A stretch of DNA of 63,092 bases, filler included, from Deltaproteobacteria bacterium (lineage in GTDB: Bacteria; JAEEML01): the NCBI GenBank assembly GCA_016283195.1. It is 6 parts of 6 records of this genome, joined end to end, with 100 filler letters (N's around TTAATTAATTAA, not from the genome) between each part and the next. Parts side by side here need not be neighbours in the genome. Positions count along the whole stretch, not along the records: positions 6,015 to 30,488 come from JAEEML010000114.1; positions 30,589 to 40,845 come from JAEEML010000115.1; 4 more parts are not named here. The stretch is one strand, 5' to 3'. Made by a program: the position numbers and the translations under genes. The notes under the pieces are model-generated. The model was not told the DNA's origin. It worked only from the letters and a program-made list of their open reading frames with translations, and made no database searches. Positions 26,853 to 36,982 of the stretch are shown here, one piece after another. Within the stretch, counting starts at the first letter, position 1, and each line of letters begins with the position of its first letter.

Positions 26853-27554
26853 ATGTTAAAAAAAGCACTTGCTGAATGTATCGGTACCTTTTGGCTCGTT
26901 TTAGGCGGCTGCGGCGCAGCTTGTCTCGCTTGCGGATTTCCCAGCCATGGCATCGGCTTTTTGGGCGTTTCTTTGGCTTTTGGCCTCACTGTGCTCACCA
27001 TGGCCTATGCCATCGGCCACATCTCCGGCTGTCACCTTAACCCGGCAGTCTCTTTAGGCCTAGCCGTGGGCGGGCGTTTTAGTTTTAAAGAGCTGCCCTG
27101 GTATGTAGGGGCCCAGCTGGTGGGCGGCATTTTAGGCGCTCTTGTGCTTTATCTCATTTTGAGCGGCGCCCCAACTGCTTTTGATTTTCAAAACGGCTTT
27201 GCCTTAAACGGCTACGGCGCACACTCTCCGGGCCATTACAGCTTAGGCGCCGCCTTCCTCACCGAAGTGGTGATGACTGCTCTCTTCCTGGTTATCATCA
27301 TGGGCGCCACCGATAAGCGGGCTCCGGCCGGCCTGGCCCCTATCGCCATCGGTCTTGGCCTCACTTTGATTCACCTTATCTCCATTCCGGTGACCAATAC
27401 TTCGGTCAACCCGGCCCGTTCCACCGCCGTGGCCGTTTTTGCCGGCGGCTGGGCTATTAAAGAACTCTGGCTCTTCTGGGTGGCTCCACTTTTGGGCGGC
27501 GCTCTCGGTGCGGCTTTTTACCGCTTTATCGGTAAAAGTAGCGACAAAGCGTAA
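26853..27554 (+). CDS. aqpZ: Aquaporin Z
   Basis: [11 protein letters not shown] and [12 protein letters not shown] motifs. Confidence 0.96.
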   Translation: MLKKALAECIGTFWLVLGGCGAACLACGFPSHGIGFLGVSLAFGLTVLTMAYAIGHISGCHLNPAVSLGLAVGGRFSFKELPWYVGAQLVGGILGALVLYLILSGAPTAFDFQNGFALNGYGAHSPGHYSLGAAFLTEVVMTALFLVIIMGATDKRAPAGLAPIAIGLGLTLIHLISIPVTNTSVNPARSTAVAVFAGGWAIKELWLFWVAPLLGGALGAAFYRFIGKSSDKA

Positions 27555-27616
27555 AAAGCATACAGTATCTCTCGTCTGAAATATGTGATATAAAAAGAAA
27601 GAGGGGGGATGATAAG

Positions 27617-27838
27617 ATGCTTTCTGTGTATGGATATTACGAAAACGGTATATGTATACCGGCAGAAACTTTAAAACTGAAGAATAGGCAACAGGTAATT
27701 ATCACTGTTGTTGATGATGAACAGCCTATATACCGGGAATCACCTAAAAAAAATGGCACGTTGGCAGAATTCTTTGGTATAATGGATCTTGGCGATGGTT
27801 TAACAATCCAAAAGGCTATGCGCGATGAATGGACTTGA
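27617..27838 (+). CDS. Antitoxin, AF2212/DUF104-like
   Basis: GYYENGICIPAETLKLKNRQQVIITV...QKAMRDEW; overlaps the PIN gene; AT-rich. Confidence 0.72.
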   Translation: MLSVYGYYENGICIPAETLKLKNRQQVIITVVDDEQPIYRESPKKNGTLAEFFGIMDLGDGLTIQKAMRDEWT

Positions 27839-28202
27839 TTTCATCGCAGATACCAATGCCATTATTTACATAATGGCCGGAAAATCATACACACAGCCTT
27901 ATACAGATAAGTGTCTTGGAGTTTCTGTAATAACAGAAATGGAACTACTCTCATTTCCATGCGCAATACCGCAAGAATTGGCAAATATTACTAACGTATT
28001 AAATAACACCACAATTATTCCACTTACTGATTCAATAAAAAAACAGGCCATTCTAATCCGCCGTTTGTATTCGGCAAAACTGCCGGATGCGATTGTAGCG
28101 GCAACAGCTATGATTTGTGGCATTCCTTTACTTACGGCAGACAAAGGATTTAAGAAAATAAACGAGTTAAACTTGCAGCTCCTTGAGCCGGTTATTTCTT
28201 AA
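27825..28202 (+). CDS. PIN-domain (VapC-like) toxin
   Basis: DTNAII, SVITEMELL, KLPDAIVAATA, LLTADKGF. Confidence 0.88.
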   Translation: MNGLDFIADTNAIIYIMAGKSYTQPYTDKCLGVSVITEMELLSFPCAIPQELANITNVLNNTTIIPLTDSIKKQAILIRRLYSAKLPDAIVAATAMICGIPLLTADKGFKKINELNLQLLEPVIS

Positions 28203-28230
28203 AAATAGTCACATTTAAGAATAACGGTAA

Positions 28231-28485
28231 TTACTTCTGTTGTTCCTCAAGCTGGGCTATTTTTTCTTCTAAATCAAGCACTTTTTCGCGCAAAACAGCC
28301 ACCGCTTTGGTGAGTTCCTTATAATCGGCGTGCGATGGCAAATGGGCTTTTTGTAATAATTCCGTCATAATAGCCACCAGCTGCCCCTCGCTTTTGCTAA
28401 AAAGATTACCGGCATGCACCGCCACTTTGGTGAGCTGCTCTTTTTGCTCATCGGTAAGCCACCAGATATCGTCAATTATTTTCAT
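28231..28485 (-). CDS. Small coiled-coil protein (phasin-like)
   Basis: LPSHADYKEL...L.EK...LEEKIAQLE; GCGGAG RBS. Confidence 0.45.
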   Translation of the reverse strand: MKIIDDIWWLTDEQKEQLTKVAVHAGNLFSKSEGQLVAIMTELLQKAHLPSHADYKELTKAVAVLREKVLDLEEKIAQLEEQQK

Positions 28486-28588
28486 ATAAACTCCGCGCTC
28501 CGCCTGGTTTTTCCTTGCTATAAAGCAAAAAAAACATTAGCATGAAATGGCTGGTTAAACTTCTAGCCAGCATTGCCGAGGAGTTAGC

Positions 28589-30488
28589 ATGAAAAGCAGC
28601 AAATTGCAACAGCATCTCTCCGTAATCATTCTAACATCTACCCTACTTGTCGCGGCATGCAATAACAACGCCGAGTCAGAGACAAGTACCGGTTGCAAAG
28701 CTATGCTCGGCGATTTAGTCATCACCGAAATAATGCCCAACCCCAAAGGCAAAGACAAAAACCATGAATGGTTTGAAATTTATAATGCCAGTAGCGTAAA
28801 GCAAACACTTACCGGCCTGGTTTTACACCAGGAATTCGGGCAAAATAACAAAGTTAAGACCAAAGAGCACAAAGTAAAAGGCCCGTTTACTTTGGAGCCC
28901 GGCGCCTATTTCGTCTTTGGCGATGGCGATAGCGATTTTGTAAATTATAATTATGGCACCGGCCTTAGCGATTGGAATAATAACAGCGCCATTCTCTCCA
29001 TTATGTGCGACAATAAAATCATCGATTCCATAAGCTACGGCAGCGAAGGCGGCCTGCCGGCCCCCACCGAAGGCATCGCCATTGCTTTTGACGGCTCCAG
29101 AAGACCTGATGCTCAAGCCAATAACAATGTATCAGCTTGGTGCAATGCACTGGATTCTTATGATAATGGCAATAATTTTGGCACCCCCGGCAAGAAAAAT
29201 CAGAGCTGTTCCGTTACAACTTGCTTGCAAAATGGCGAGCGGGTAAATGCTCTTACTCCCGCCGCCGGCGACCTGGTCATCACCGAAATTTTGGCCGACC
29301 CGGCCGGTTCCGATTCCGATACCATCTCTCACCTTTTGGATTCGATGACAGAATTCACCGAAATCAAAGTAGATAAAAACGAATATATTGAAATTTACAA
29401 TGCTTCTGACAAAGATGTAGATTTATACGGCCTTTATTTTAAACAAATCAAAGACGGCAATACCGACGGCACTGCCCACCAAATCCTCGGCCTCGGCGAA
29501 ACTATTAAAAATCGCAAAAGCTGTGTCCGCATCCCGGCCGGTGAATACGCCGTCATTGGCATGAGTGAAGATGAAGACAGAAATTGTTTACTTAGCCCCA
29601 CCGCTCTCTTCACCGGCAGCCGCCTATATAACAGCAATAGCACTTTTGAGCTCTATACAGCCGAGGGCGCTATTATTGAATCAGCCCCCTATGTGCACAA
29701 AAAAGATAGTGTTTATGCCCTAAGCCCCGCCTATTTGGATGCTACATCCAATAATGATCCCACCCACTGGTGCTCTATCCGCGGCATAGGGCTCTGTATC
29801 GACCAAGGCACCCCGGGAGAAAAAAATAGCATCTGTGTGCCCGATAGCGATACCGATGATGACCCAGGCCCTGTTACCTGTCCAGGAACAGCCCCTGTAG
29901 CCGGTGATTTAGTAATAAGTGAGATTTATTCCGCTCCTGGCCCCAAAGCCGACGAAGAATTTAATAAAGAATTTGTCGAAGTTTATGCCGCCAAAACCGT
30001 GCAAGTGAGCTCCCTTACCATCTCCAGTAAATCAGCTTCTAAAGTGCGCAATTTTACTGTTGATTTTGGCGAATGTTACACCTTTGAAGCCGGTAAATAT
30101 GTCACCTTTGGCGGCAGCACCGATGAAAACGAAAACGGCGGAATTACCATTGATTTTGCTTACACCGGTCCTAAAGGCGGTCTATATAAGCCGACTAAAG
30201 ACTACGTTATTGAGCTGCTTTATAACAATCTGCTCATCGACAGCGCGCCCAATGTCATGGGCAGCGCTTTAAAATCCGCCAACTTATCCGCCGATAAATT
30301 AAACGCCGTCGATAATGATGACAGCGCCAACTGGTGCTTGGCCGATCTCACCCCGGGCCAGGCTGCTGGCATCTGTAGCAATGAAGGCCCGGATACCGAT
30401 GACTGCGATACCGAAAAAGCGCCCATCAGCGGCGATATCGCCATTACCGAGATTTATTCCGCCCCCGGCCCCAAAGCCGGCGAAGAAT
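28589..30488 (+). CDS. Multi-lamin-tail-domain lipoprotein (cut at contig end)
   Basis: Lipobox VAAC; four GD(L/I)xI(T/S)EI...E(W/Y/F)xExY modules ending WC...TPG; the fourth is truncated. Confidence 0.8.
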
Positions 30489-30588
30489 NNNNNNNNNNNN
30501 NNNNNNNNNNNNNNNNNNNNNNNNNNNNNNNNTTAATTAATTAANNNNNNNNNNNNNNNNNNNNNNNNNNNNNNNNNNNNNNNNNNNN
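30489..30588. other. Artificial contig linker
   Basis: N44-TTAATTAATTAA-N44. Confidence 0.99.
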
Positions 30589-30751
30589 CAGCGTAGCCGC
30601 AGCGGCCGCCGGCCAAAACTATTCCGACGTAAGGCGGATCGCGACCTAGCAGTATTTAGCTGCTGAGCTCCGGGGCGCCGTGGCAGCTGCCCACTATGCC
30701 ACTGATTCAATCAATCTGCTCATATCAAATACACCACGTCACTTACCGGAT

Positions 30752-30876
30752 GCCCTCTCTGTTTGTAAAAAATGGAGAGGGCAAGATGTCAATAAATTCC
30801 ACTACTTGTGGGGTGAGGGCGCCGCAGGCAGATGGGCTAGACACCAATAATTTCCACTATTTATTGTGGTAAGGGG
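30752..30876. repeat. Dispersed intergenic repeat family, tandem copies with a hairpin
   Basis: GCCCTCTC...GAGAGGGC stem (30752-30782) followed by two units homologous to 5277-5322 (reverse complement). Confidence 0.6.
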
Positions 30877-30890
30877 TAATGGCGAGAATT

Positions 30891-33800
30891 CTAGTCATCC
30901 ACACTGCCGTTCAGGCGCGGCGGGATAAAGCCCACCAGCCCACTTACAGTACTGTCGCCCTGCTTTTTGGCATATTTTGTGTGCAATAGATGGTGAGCTA
31001 GTTCTGAGCCGGGAGTTTTGAAATACTCCTCATAAAGGCGCTTAATATCAGGATTATCCTGCGATTTGCGCAGCACACCGTGTTCATCAAGATTAGTGAG
31101 GACATCGGCCCGCTTTTGCTGATCGCCGGCCAATTTGGGTACGCCGTTGCCGGCACCGCAAATGCAGCCGCCACGGCAAGCCATTACCTCAATTAAGTCA
31201 TAGCCGGAATCCTCACCGGCAATAATTTTTTTGATAACCGGCTCGATATTTTTGAGCCCGGAAGCCACGGCCACGCGCACTTTTTGCCCGTTTACCTCAT
31301 AAGTGGCTGCTTTTAATCCTGTAAATCCACGCACTTCCTTAAAATCAAGTGCTTTTAGTTCTTCGCCGGACAGCTTCTCTACAGCCATTCTGAGTGCGGC
31401 CTCAGCCACACCGCCGGAATTGCCAAAAATAACACCGGCGCCGCTGACCTCTTTGTAAGGCGTATCAAATTCGGCCGGTGCCACTTTATGCGGGTCAATC
31501 ATCGCCTTTTCGGCCATTTCCAAGAGTTCTTTGGAGGTGAGCACGGCATCCACATCGCGGATGCCGTCCGGGGCAAATTCCGGCCGCGCGGCCTCCCCTT
31601 TTTTGGCAATACAAGGCACAACCGAGACTACAAAGAGCTTGTCTTTAGTTATGCCCATACGCTTTGCAAAATGATTTTTCACCACCGCGCCCATCATCTG
31701 CTGCGGCGATTTGCAACTGGAGAGATGGGGTAAAATTTCCGGATAGCGTTTTTCGGCAAAATTTACCCAGCCCGGGCAACAAGAGGTAAATTGCGGCAAA
31801 ACTCCGCCCTTTTGCACTCTTTCTAAAAATTCGCTGGCTTCTTCAACAATGGTGAGGTCGGCCGTGAAAGTGAAATCAAAGATGCTGTCAAAGCCCAGCT
31901 TACGCATAAGGCCGGCAATAATTGGGGTGGCTTTGTCGTAAGAGAGGCCCAGCGCTTCGGCAAAATAGCTGCGCACAGCCGGCGCCACAAAGCCCACAAC
32001 ATGCATATCCGGGTTATTGATGGCCCTAAAGACTTTGCCGCGCTCGCGCTTGTAATCGAGTGCGCCGCAGGGACAGCTGTTTACACATTGCCCGCAGCCT
32101 ACACAATCGGTGAAGGAGAGCGGTTTGCCCGATTTAGTGGTGACAATCTCACGCCCATTTTGGTAAGTGAGCGCCAGTACCCCCGGCCCTTCCAGCTCAG
32201 CGCAGGCAGTGACGCAGCGCCCGCAAGCGATGCACTTGTTACTGTCGCGCACAATAAACGGATGATCATCGAGTATTGGTAATTTATCGAGCTTTTTCAG
32301 CGGTTTGTGATACTCTACGCCATATTTACTGGCGAGCTTTCGCAAGTTGCAACTCTCGCGCTCGGCACAGCCGCATTTTAGGCAGCGCTCGGCTTCGCGG
32401 CGCGCCTCTTCCGCTGAAATTGTGTGATCGACCTCCGAAAAGTCTTTGAGCCGCTCGCACATAGGCAAAGATTTGTATTTTACACGCGCCATTTTGGGCA
32501 TGGGCTCAAATTCCCAGCGCGGGAGGTCTTCCAAACTGCCGCGTGAACAGCTGTAATCCTCCTGACTTTTGGCTACTACGCCATATTTCAAAAAGCTATC
32601 CATGGCTTCGGCGGCCCGCTTACCGGCGCCCACAGCGGCAATCACTGTGGCCGGGCCGGTTACACAATCGCCGCCGGCAAAAATCTTGGGATTAGAGCTC
32701 TGCATAGTAGCACCGTCGATAACAATGTCGCCCCATTTGGTGAGCTCCACCCCGACACTTTCTGCCGCAATGGCAGCTGTATCGGTGGCCTGGCCAATGG
32801 CGCCGATAATGGTATCGGCTTTAATAACAAACTCGCTGCCCTCTACCGGAATCGGCCGCCGACGCCCCGATTTATCAGGTTCGCCAAGGGCCATTTTGGT
32901 GCAAAGCAGCTCTTTTCCGTCGGCTCCGTCACTTATTTTGAGCGGCGCAGTCAAAAAGACCATCTCCACTCCTTCGGCCAGAGCTTCTTCAATCTCAATC
33001 TCTTCGGCCGGCATTTCGGCCCTGGTGCGGCGATAGATGAGTTTTACCTCGCTGGCCCCCTGGCGCCGGGCGGTGCGCACACAGTCAATGGCTGTATTGC
33101 CACCGCCGATGACTACTACCCGCTTGCCCAGATTCAGCTTTTCGCCGTTGGTCACTTTTTCCAAATAGTGGATACCAAGCATCACGCCCGGGCTGTTCTC
33201 ACCTTCAATTTTGAGCGGCGAGGCTTTCCAAGAACCGAGAGCCAGATAAACGGTATCAAAATCATCTTGCAATTCACTCAAAGTGATGTCTTTGCCGAGG
33301 GCTTTATTATTGACAATTTTCACCCCCAGCTCAGTGATGGTGCCGATTTCCTTGTCCAAAATAGCCTTGGGCAGGCGATATTCCGGAATACCGTAGCGCA
33401 TCATACCGCCGGAATGAGCCTCTTTTTCAAAAACAGTGACTTCATGGCCCTTAATAGCGCTGTAATAAGCCGCCGAAAGGCCTGAGGGACCAGCGCCGAC
33501 AATAGCGATTTTCTTGCCAGAGGGCTCTGCTACTTCCGGCACAAAGTGCTCAGCGCTTGCCGCATCCAAATCAGCGGTAAAACGCTTTACATTGTTAATT
33601 GCCACCGGCTCATCAACTAAATTACGCCGGCAGGCTCCCTCACAGGTGTGGGGGCAAACCCGTCCGCAAGCGCTGGGAAATGGATTATTATTTTTAATAA
33701 TTCTCAGTGCTTGTTCGTAATTGCCGTTTTTTACTTCCTGCAAATAAGATTGGATATCGATGTGCGCCGGGCAAGTGTTTACACAAGGAGCCACACAATC

Positions 33801-34109
33801 GCCGTTGTGATCGGCCAGAAGTTGTTCCAGCCGCATTTTGCGATAGGTGCTAAGTGCGTCACTTTTTGTAATGATTTTCATGCCTTCGGCAATTGGTGTC
33901 TGGCAGGCGCGGACATCACCGGCACCTTCAACTTCCACCATGCAAAGGCCGCACGAACCATTGGGATGCTCCATGCGCACATCATAACAGAGGTTTGGAA
34001 CTTCAATATCAATCTCACGTAAAGCTTGTAATATCGATAAGTTAGCTGGAACTTCATGTTCTTCGCCATCAATAGTAACCATTATTTTTTTAGCTATGTT
34101 CTCACTCAT
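30891..34109 (-). CDS. [FeFe]-hydrogenase fused to a GltD-like FAD/NAD(P)H oxidoreductase
   Basis: N-terminal 2Fe-2S (C..CGLC..C); GltD-type CP.HIDI, CGRVCPH.CE, GAGPSG, GGGNTAIDC; 2x4Fe-4S (CIACGRC, CVGCGQC); H-cluster motifs FTSCCPGW, VPCIAKKGE, EVMACRGGCICGAG; C-terminal AHHLLHTKY. Confidence 0.9.
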   Translation of the reverse strand: MSENIAKKIMVTIDGEEHEVPANLSILQALREIDIEVPNLCYDVRMEHPNGSCGLCMVEVEGAGDVRACQTPIAEGMKIITKSDALSTYRKMRLEQLLADHNGDCVAPCVNTCPAHIDIQSYLQEVKNGNYEQALRIIKNNNPFPSACGRVCPHTCEGACRRNLVDEPVAINNVKRFTADLDAASAEHFVPEVAEPSGKKIAIVGAGPSGLSAAYYSAIKGHEVTVFEKEAHSGGMMRYGIPEYRLPKAILDKEIGTITELGVKIVNNKALGKDITLSELQDDFDTVYLALGSWKASPLKIEGENSPGVMLGIHYLEKVTNGEKLNLGKRVVVIGGGNTAIDCVRTARRQGASEVKLIYRRTRAEMPAEEIEIEEALAEGVEMVFLTAPLKISDGADGKELLCTKMALGEPDKSGRRRPIPVEGSEFVIKADTIIGAIGQATDTAAIAAESVGVELTKWGDIVIDGATMQSSNPKIFAGGDCVTGPATVIAAVGAGKRAAEAMDSFLKYGVVAKSQEDYSCSRGSLEDLPRWEFEPMPKMARVKYKSLPMCERLKDFSEVDHTISAEEARREAERCLKCGCAERESCNLRKLASKYGVEYHKPLKKLDKLPILDDHPFIVRDSNKCIACGRCVTACAELEGPGVLALTYQNGREIVTTKSGKPLSFTDCVGCGQCVNSCPCGALDYKRERGKVFRAINNPDMHVVGFVAPAVRSYFAEALGLSYDKATPIIAGLMRKLGFDSIFDFTFTADLTIVEEASEFLERVQKGGVLPQFTSCCPGWVNFAEKRYPEILPHLSSCKSPQQMMGAVVKNHFAKRMGITKDKLFVVSVVPCIAKKGEAARPEFAPDGIRDVDAVLTSKELLEMAEKAMIDPHKVAPAEFDTPYKEVSGAGVIFGNSGGVAEAALRMAVEKLSGEELKALDFKEVRGFTGLKAATYEVNGQKVRVAVASGLKNIEPVIKKIIAGEDSGYDLIEVMACRGGCICGAGNGVPKLAGDQQKRADVLTNLDEHGVLRKSQDNPDIKRLYEEYFKTPGSELAHHLLHTKYAKKQGDSTVSGLVGFIPPRLNGSVDD

Positions 34110-34247
34110 TAAGCTTCTCCTTATCTGAGCAGATAGAGAACCACGGCGGGCAACTTAACAAAAAGTTCCAAACTTGGCAAAAAAGTGGCCAGGAAAATTA
34201 AGCAAACTAATTTTTATTAAAATACCGTGAGTTATGTGTGCAGGAAA

Positions 34248-35831
34248 TTAGCCGAAGTAAGATTCATCCTGCTCGATGCGGCTTAAGACCCAATCAAAGT
34301 TGCCGCCGGTGACCACTGTGCCGCAATATTCGCATTTGCCGGACTGATTCAGCTTAATTGGCGCGCCGCAGGACGGACATTCCTCAGAATTATAGGCTTT
34401 TTCGCTAAAATCTTTGGCGCGGATAAAAGTCCAGTATTCGGTAAAGGGGCGCGGTTTGGTTTTGCTGCCGGAGATTACATTCCAGCGGCTATCAACCACA
34501 TAATCCAGCATAGAGGCGTGGATTCTAAAGGTGGCTGCTTCGTAGTAACGGTCGGTGGCAATTTTTACCAGCTCGATTTTGGAGACATTTACATTTTCGC
34601 AAATACTTCTGCGCCCGGCCCGCTTGTAATTTTCTATCCAGAAACGGTGCACTTCAAAGATGGAATCGGTTTCGTATGGGCGCGCGAGCTCCCAGCTCTG
34701 GCTGGACCAGGCCTCTTGAATAGTGAGAAAGGCCTTTTTAACGCGCTCTTCCAGATGCGCTAAATCAAAGCCCGGGTGCCGTGAAGTGAGCTCGGCAAGA
34801 TCCGCAGCCAGATATTCATCGGTAATAGTTGGATAATCAGTGCCCTCCTCTTCCACGTGCTCAGAGCCCGGTTTTAAGGGAATCAGCACTTGTTTATTCA
34901 TATTAAAGGAGCTCACAACCCATTGATATTCACCGGAATTCACAGCAGAACCACAGTGGGCACACAGGCCGGCCGGAGTAATGCCGGCTGTGGCTCCGCA
35001 ATTCGGGCAACCGAGAGCGGTAATTTCCGCCGGACCTTTGGAAAGCACCCCAAATTTTCTTTCAAAAGTAAGTGAACAATTAACATAATAGCGCTGTTCG
35101 ACAATGGCCATGCCCTTCCAGGTATAATCGGCTTCCAAAACTACATTAATCTTGGTTACGCTCTTATTTGTATCTTTTTGCGCCGATTTCATGGCAAACG
35201 AGCCGATTACCACATCTTTTAGCTCCTTGCCGCCGGCCAAAAGATTTTTATTCATCATCTTTAGCGCTTCCGGCCTGATATAAGGCTCTACAACTTTTAA
35301 TTCATCCTTATTATTAAGCGCTCTCAAAGTACGCACAAAGAGCAACTGGGCAAAATCAAAGAAGAGCGGCTCGCTGAAATTCGGATCATCACTCTTTATG
35401 GTAGTCAAATTACGCCGATGTTTTGAGGCGCTTTTGGCTGCGGCGCTCAAATAATCGACCTTTTGGGCCTGATTCATAGAGGAAATAATGCCAAGCGCTT
35501 TGAGCAGTTTTTTCAGCGGTTTTCTAAAAATATAAGCTATAATAACAATTATTAATAGCGGCACTCCAACTTCCGGATATTCAAAGAGAAGTTCAATCAA
35601 AAGCCGGGCTATAAGTTCGGCCAGGAGGCGGTCGCCGTCACTGCTGCTACTATAGCTGCCACTGCTGCTACTGCTGTGACTACTACCGCCGCTGCTGTAA
35701 GAATGGCCGCCACCGGCTCTGGCCAGAGCGTCGAGAGCATAAAAGAAGAATGCAAAAAAGATAGAAAAAGCAGCAATTTTTGACCAGTTGGTGATTATAA
35801 ATTGCTTTATTTTACGCGGCCATTTTTTCAT
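34248..35831 (-). CDS. Membrane protein with two TIM44-like domains and zinc ribbons
   Basis: ARAGGGHSYSSGG motif, TM helix, D.NF...F and TEYWTFIR, CPNCGA/CAHCG and CPSCGA/CEYCG. Confidence 0.75.
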   Translation of the reverse strand: MKKWPRKIKQFIITNWSKIAAFSIFFAFFFYALDALARAGGGHSYSSGGSSHSSSSSGSYSSSSDGDRLLAELIARLLIELLFEYPEVGVPLLIIVIIAYIFRKPLKKLLKALGIISSMNQAQKVDYLSAAAKSASKHRRNLTTIKSDDPNFSEPLFFDFAQLLFVRTLRALNNKDELKVVEPYIRPEALKMMNKNLLAGGKELKDVVIGSFAMKSAQKDTNKSVTKINVVLEADYTWKGMAIVEQRYYVNCSLTFERKFGVLSKGPAEITALGCPNCGATAGITPAGLCAHCGSAVNSGEYQWVVSSFNMNKQVLIPLKPGSEHVEEEGTDYPTITDEYLAADLAELTSRHPGFDLAHLEERVKKAFLTIQEAWSSQSWELARPYETDSIFEVHRFWIENYKRAGRRSICENVNVSKIELVKIATDRYYEAATFRIHASMLDYVVDSRWNVISGSKTKPRPFTEYWTFIRAKDFSEKAYNSEECPSCGAPIKLNQSGKCEYCGTVVTGGNFDWVLSRIEQDESYFG

Positions 35832-35997
35832 CCTGCACCTCACAAAAGATGACCACGGCAAACTAATACAAAATGAGCTGCCAGGTCAACCGCGGAAGAG
35901 CACCAAGAAAGATATTTAATTGACAGCGCTATAATGGTTTGGTAGCCACCTCTTGTTTGGCTTTATGCAAGAAAGGCGCCGGTAACCGGTAAAGCAA

Positions 35998-36921
35998 ATG
36001 CAAATAGACGAAGCCCTGGAAAGTTTTCACGAATACATAGCTATAGATCGTAATTTATCTGCCAACACTGTGGCGGCGTACATGAACGACCTAAATGGCC
36101 TTATGCGCCACTTGGAAAGCGAAAAGATAAATGAAATCACCGAGATAAAACCAGAGCACATTATTGCCTGGCTAAAACTCCTGGATTCTAATGGCATCGG
36201 CGCCCGTTCCAGAGCCCGCGCCCTTTCGGCCTGCCGCCAGTTTTTTAAGTTTTTGCGCCTTTCAAAATGGTTGGATGAGAGTCCGGTGACTACCATCGAA
36301 AGCCCGTTTTTTCCCAAAACCCTACCTGATGTGTTGCGGCCGATCCAAATTGATGAAATTCTGGCTGCCATCCCGGCTGATGCTAAAAGACCGCGTTTTG
36401 AGCGCGATAGAGCCATGATTGAGCTGATGTTTAGCTGCGGATTGCGAGTCAGTGAATTGATAAATCTCCACATAGGCGACTTGCATTTAAATGAAGGCTT
36501 TATTTTAGTGCGCGGCAAAGGAGACAAGGAGCGCTTGGTGCCTGTAGGGCAAAAGGCCATAGAAACATTAACAAATTATATGAATGTGGCGCGGCGGAGT
36601 ATTTTGAAAAATCCGGCTAATAAGACCCAGGTACTCTTTGTGCATCCATCAGGTAAAGCGCTCACCAGAATGGGATTTTGGAAACTTTTGGAACGCTATG
36701 CCAGAGGTGCGGGACTTTTGGAAAATGTTCACCCGCACCTTCTGCGCCACTCTTTTGCTACCGCTCTTCTGGCCGGTGGCGCCGATTTGCGTTCGGTGCA
36801 AACTATGCTCGGCCATGCCAGTATTACCACCACCGAAATTTATACCCATGTTTCCAGTGAAGAATTGCGCGGTGTGGTAAATAAAAGCCATCCTCTTAGC
36901 CAAAAAAGAAAAAAACATTAG
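35998..36921 (+). CDS. xerD: Tyrosine recombinase XerD
   Basis: RNLSANTVAAY, GLRVSEL, GKGDKERLVP, HPHLLRHSFATALL.GGADLRSVQTMLGHA...TTEIY. Confidence 0.88.
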   Translation: MQIDEALESFHEYIAIDRNLSANTVAAYMNDLNGLMRHLESEKINEITEIKPEHIIAWLKLLDSNGIGARSRARALSACRQFFKFLRLSKWLDESPVTTIESPFFPKTLPDVLRPIQIDEILAAIPADAKRPRFERDRAMIELMFSCGLRVSELINLHIGDLHLNEGFILVRGKGDKERLVPVGQKAIETLTNYMNVARRSILKNPANKTQVLFVHPSGKALTRMGFWKLLERYARGAGLLENVHPHLLRHSFATALLAGGADLRSVQTMLGHASITTTEIYTHVSSEELRGVVNKSHPLSQKRKKH

Positions 36922-36947
36922 CAACTTTAGCAAAAATGTGCCGATAT
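36921..36947 (+). promoter_or_regulatory. Possible sigma28/FliA-like promoter
   Basis: GCAA-N15-GCCGATAT, against the consensus TAAA-N15-GCCGATAA, 35 nt before the ATG at 36983 with an AAGGAGG RBS. Confidence 0.4.
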
Positions 36948-36982
36948 ATCATCTCAGGGTATTTTTACCGAAGGAGGTAACG

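Noticed and set aside
35998-36921. Tyrosine recombinase as a mobile-element integrase
   Set aside because: Length and motifs match housekeeping XerD, and no att repeats or phage genes are nearby.
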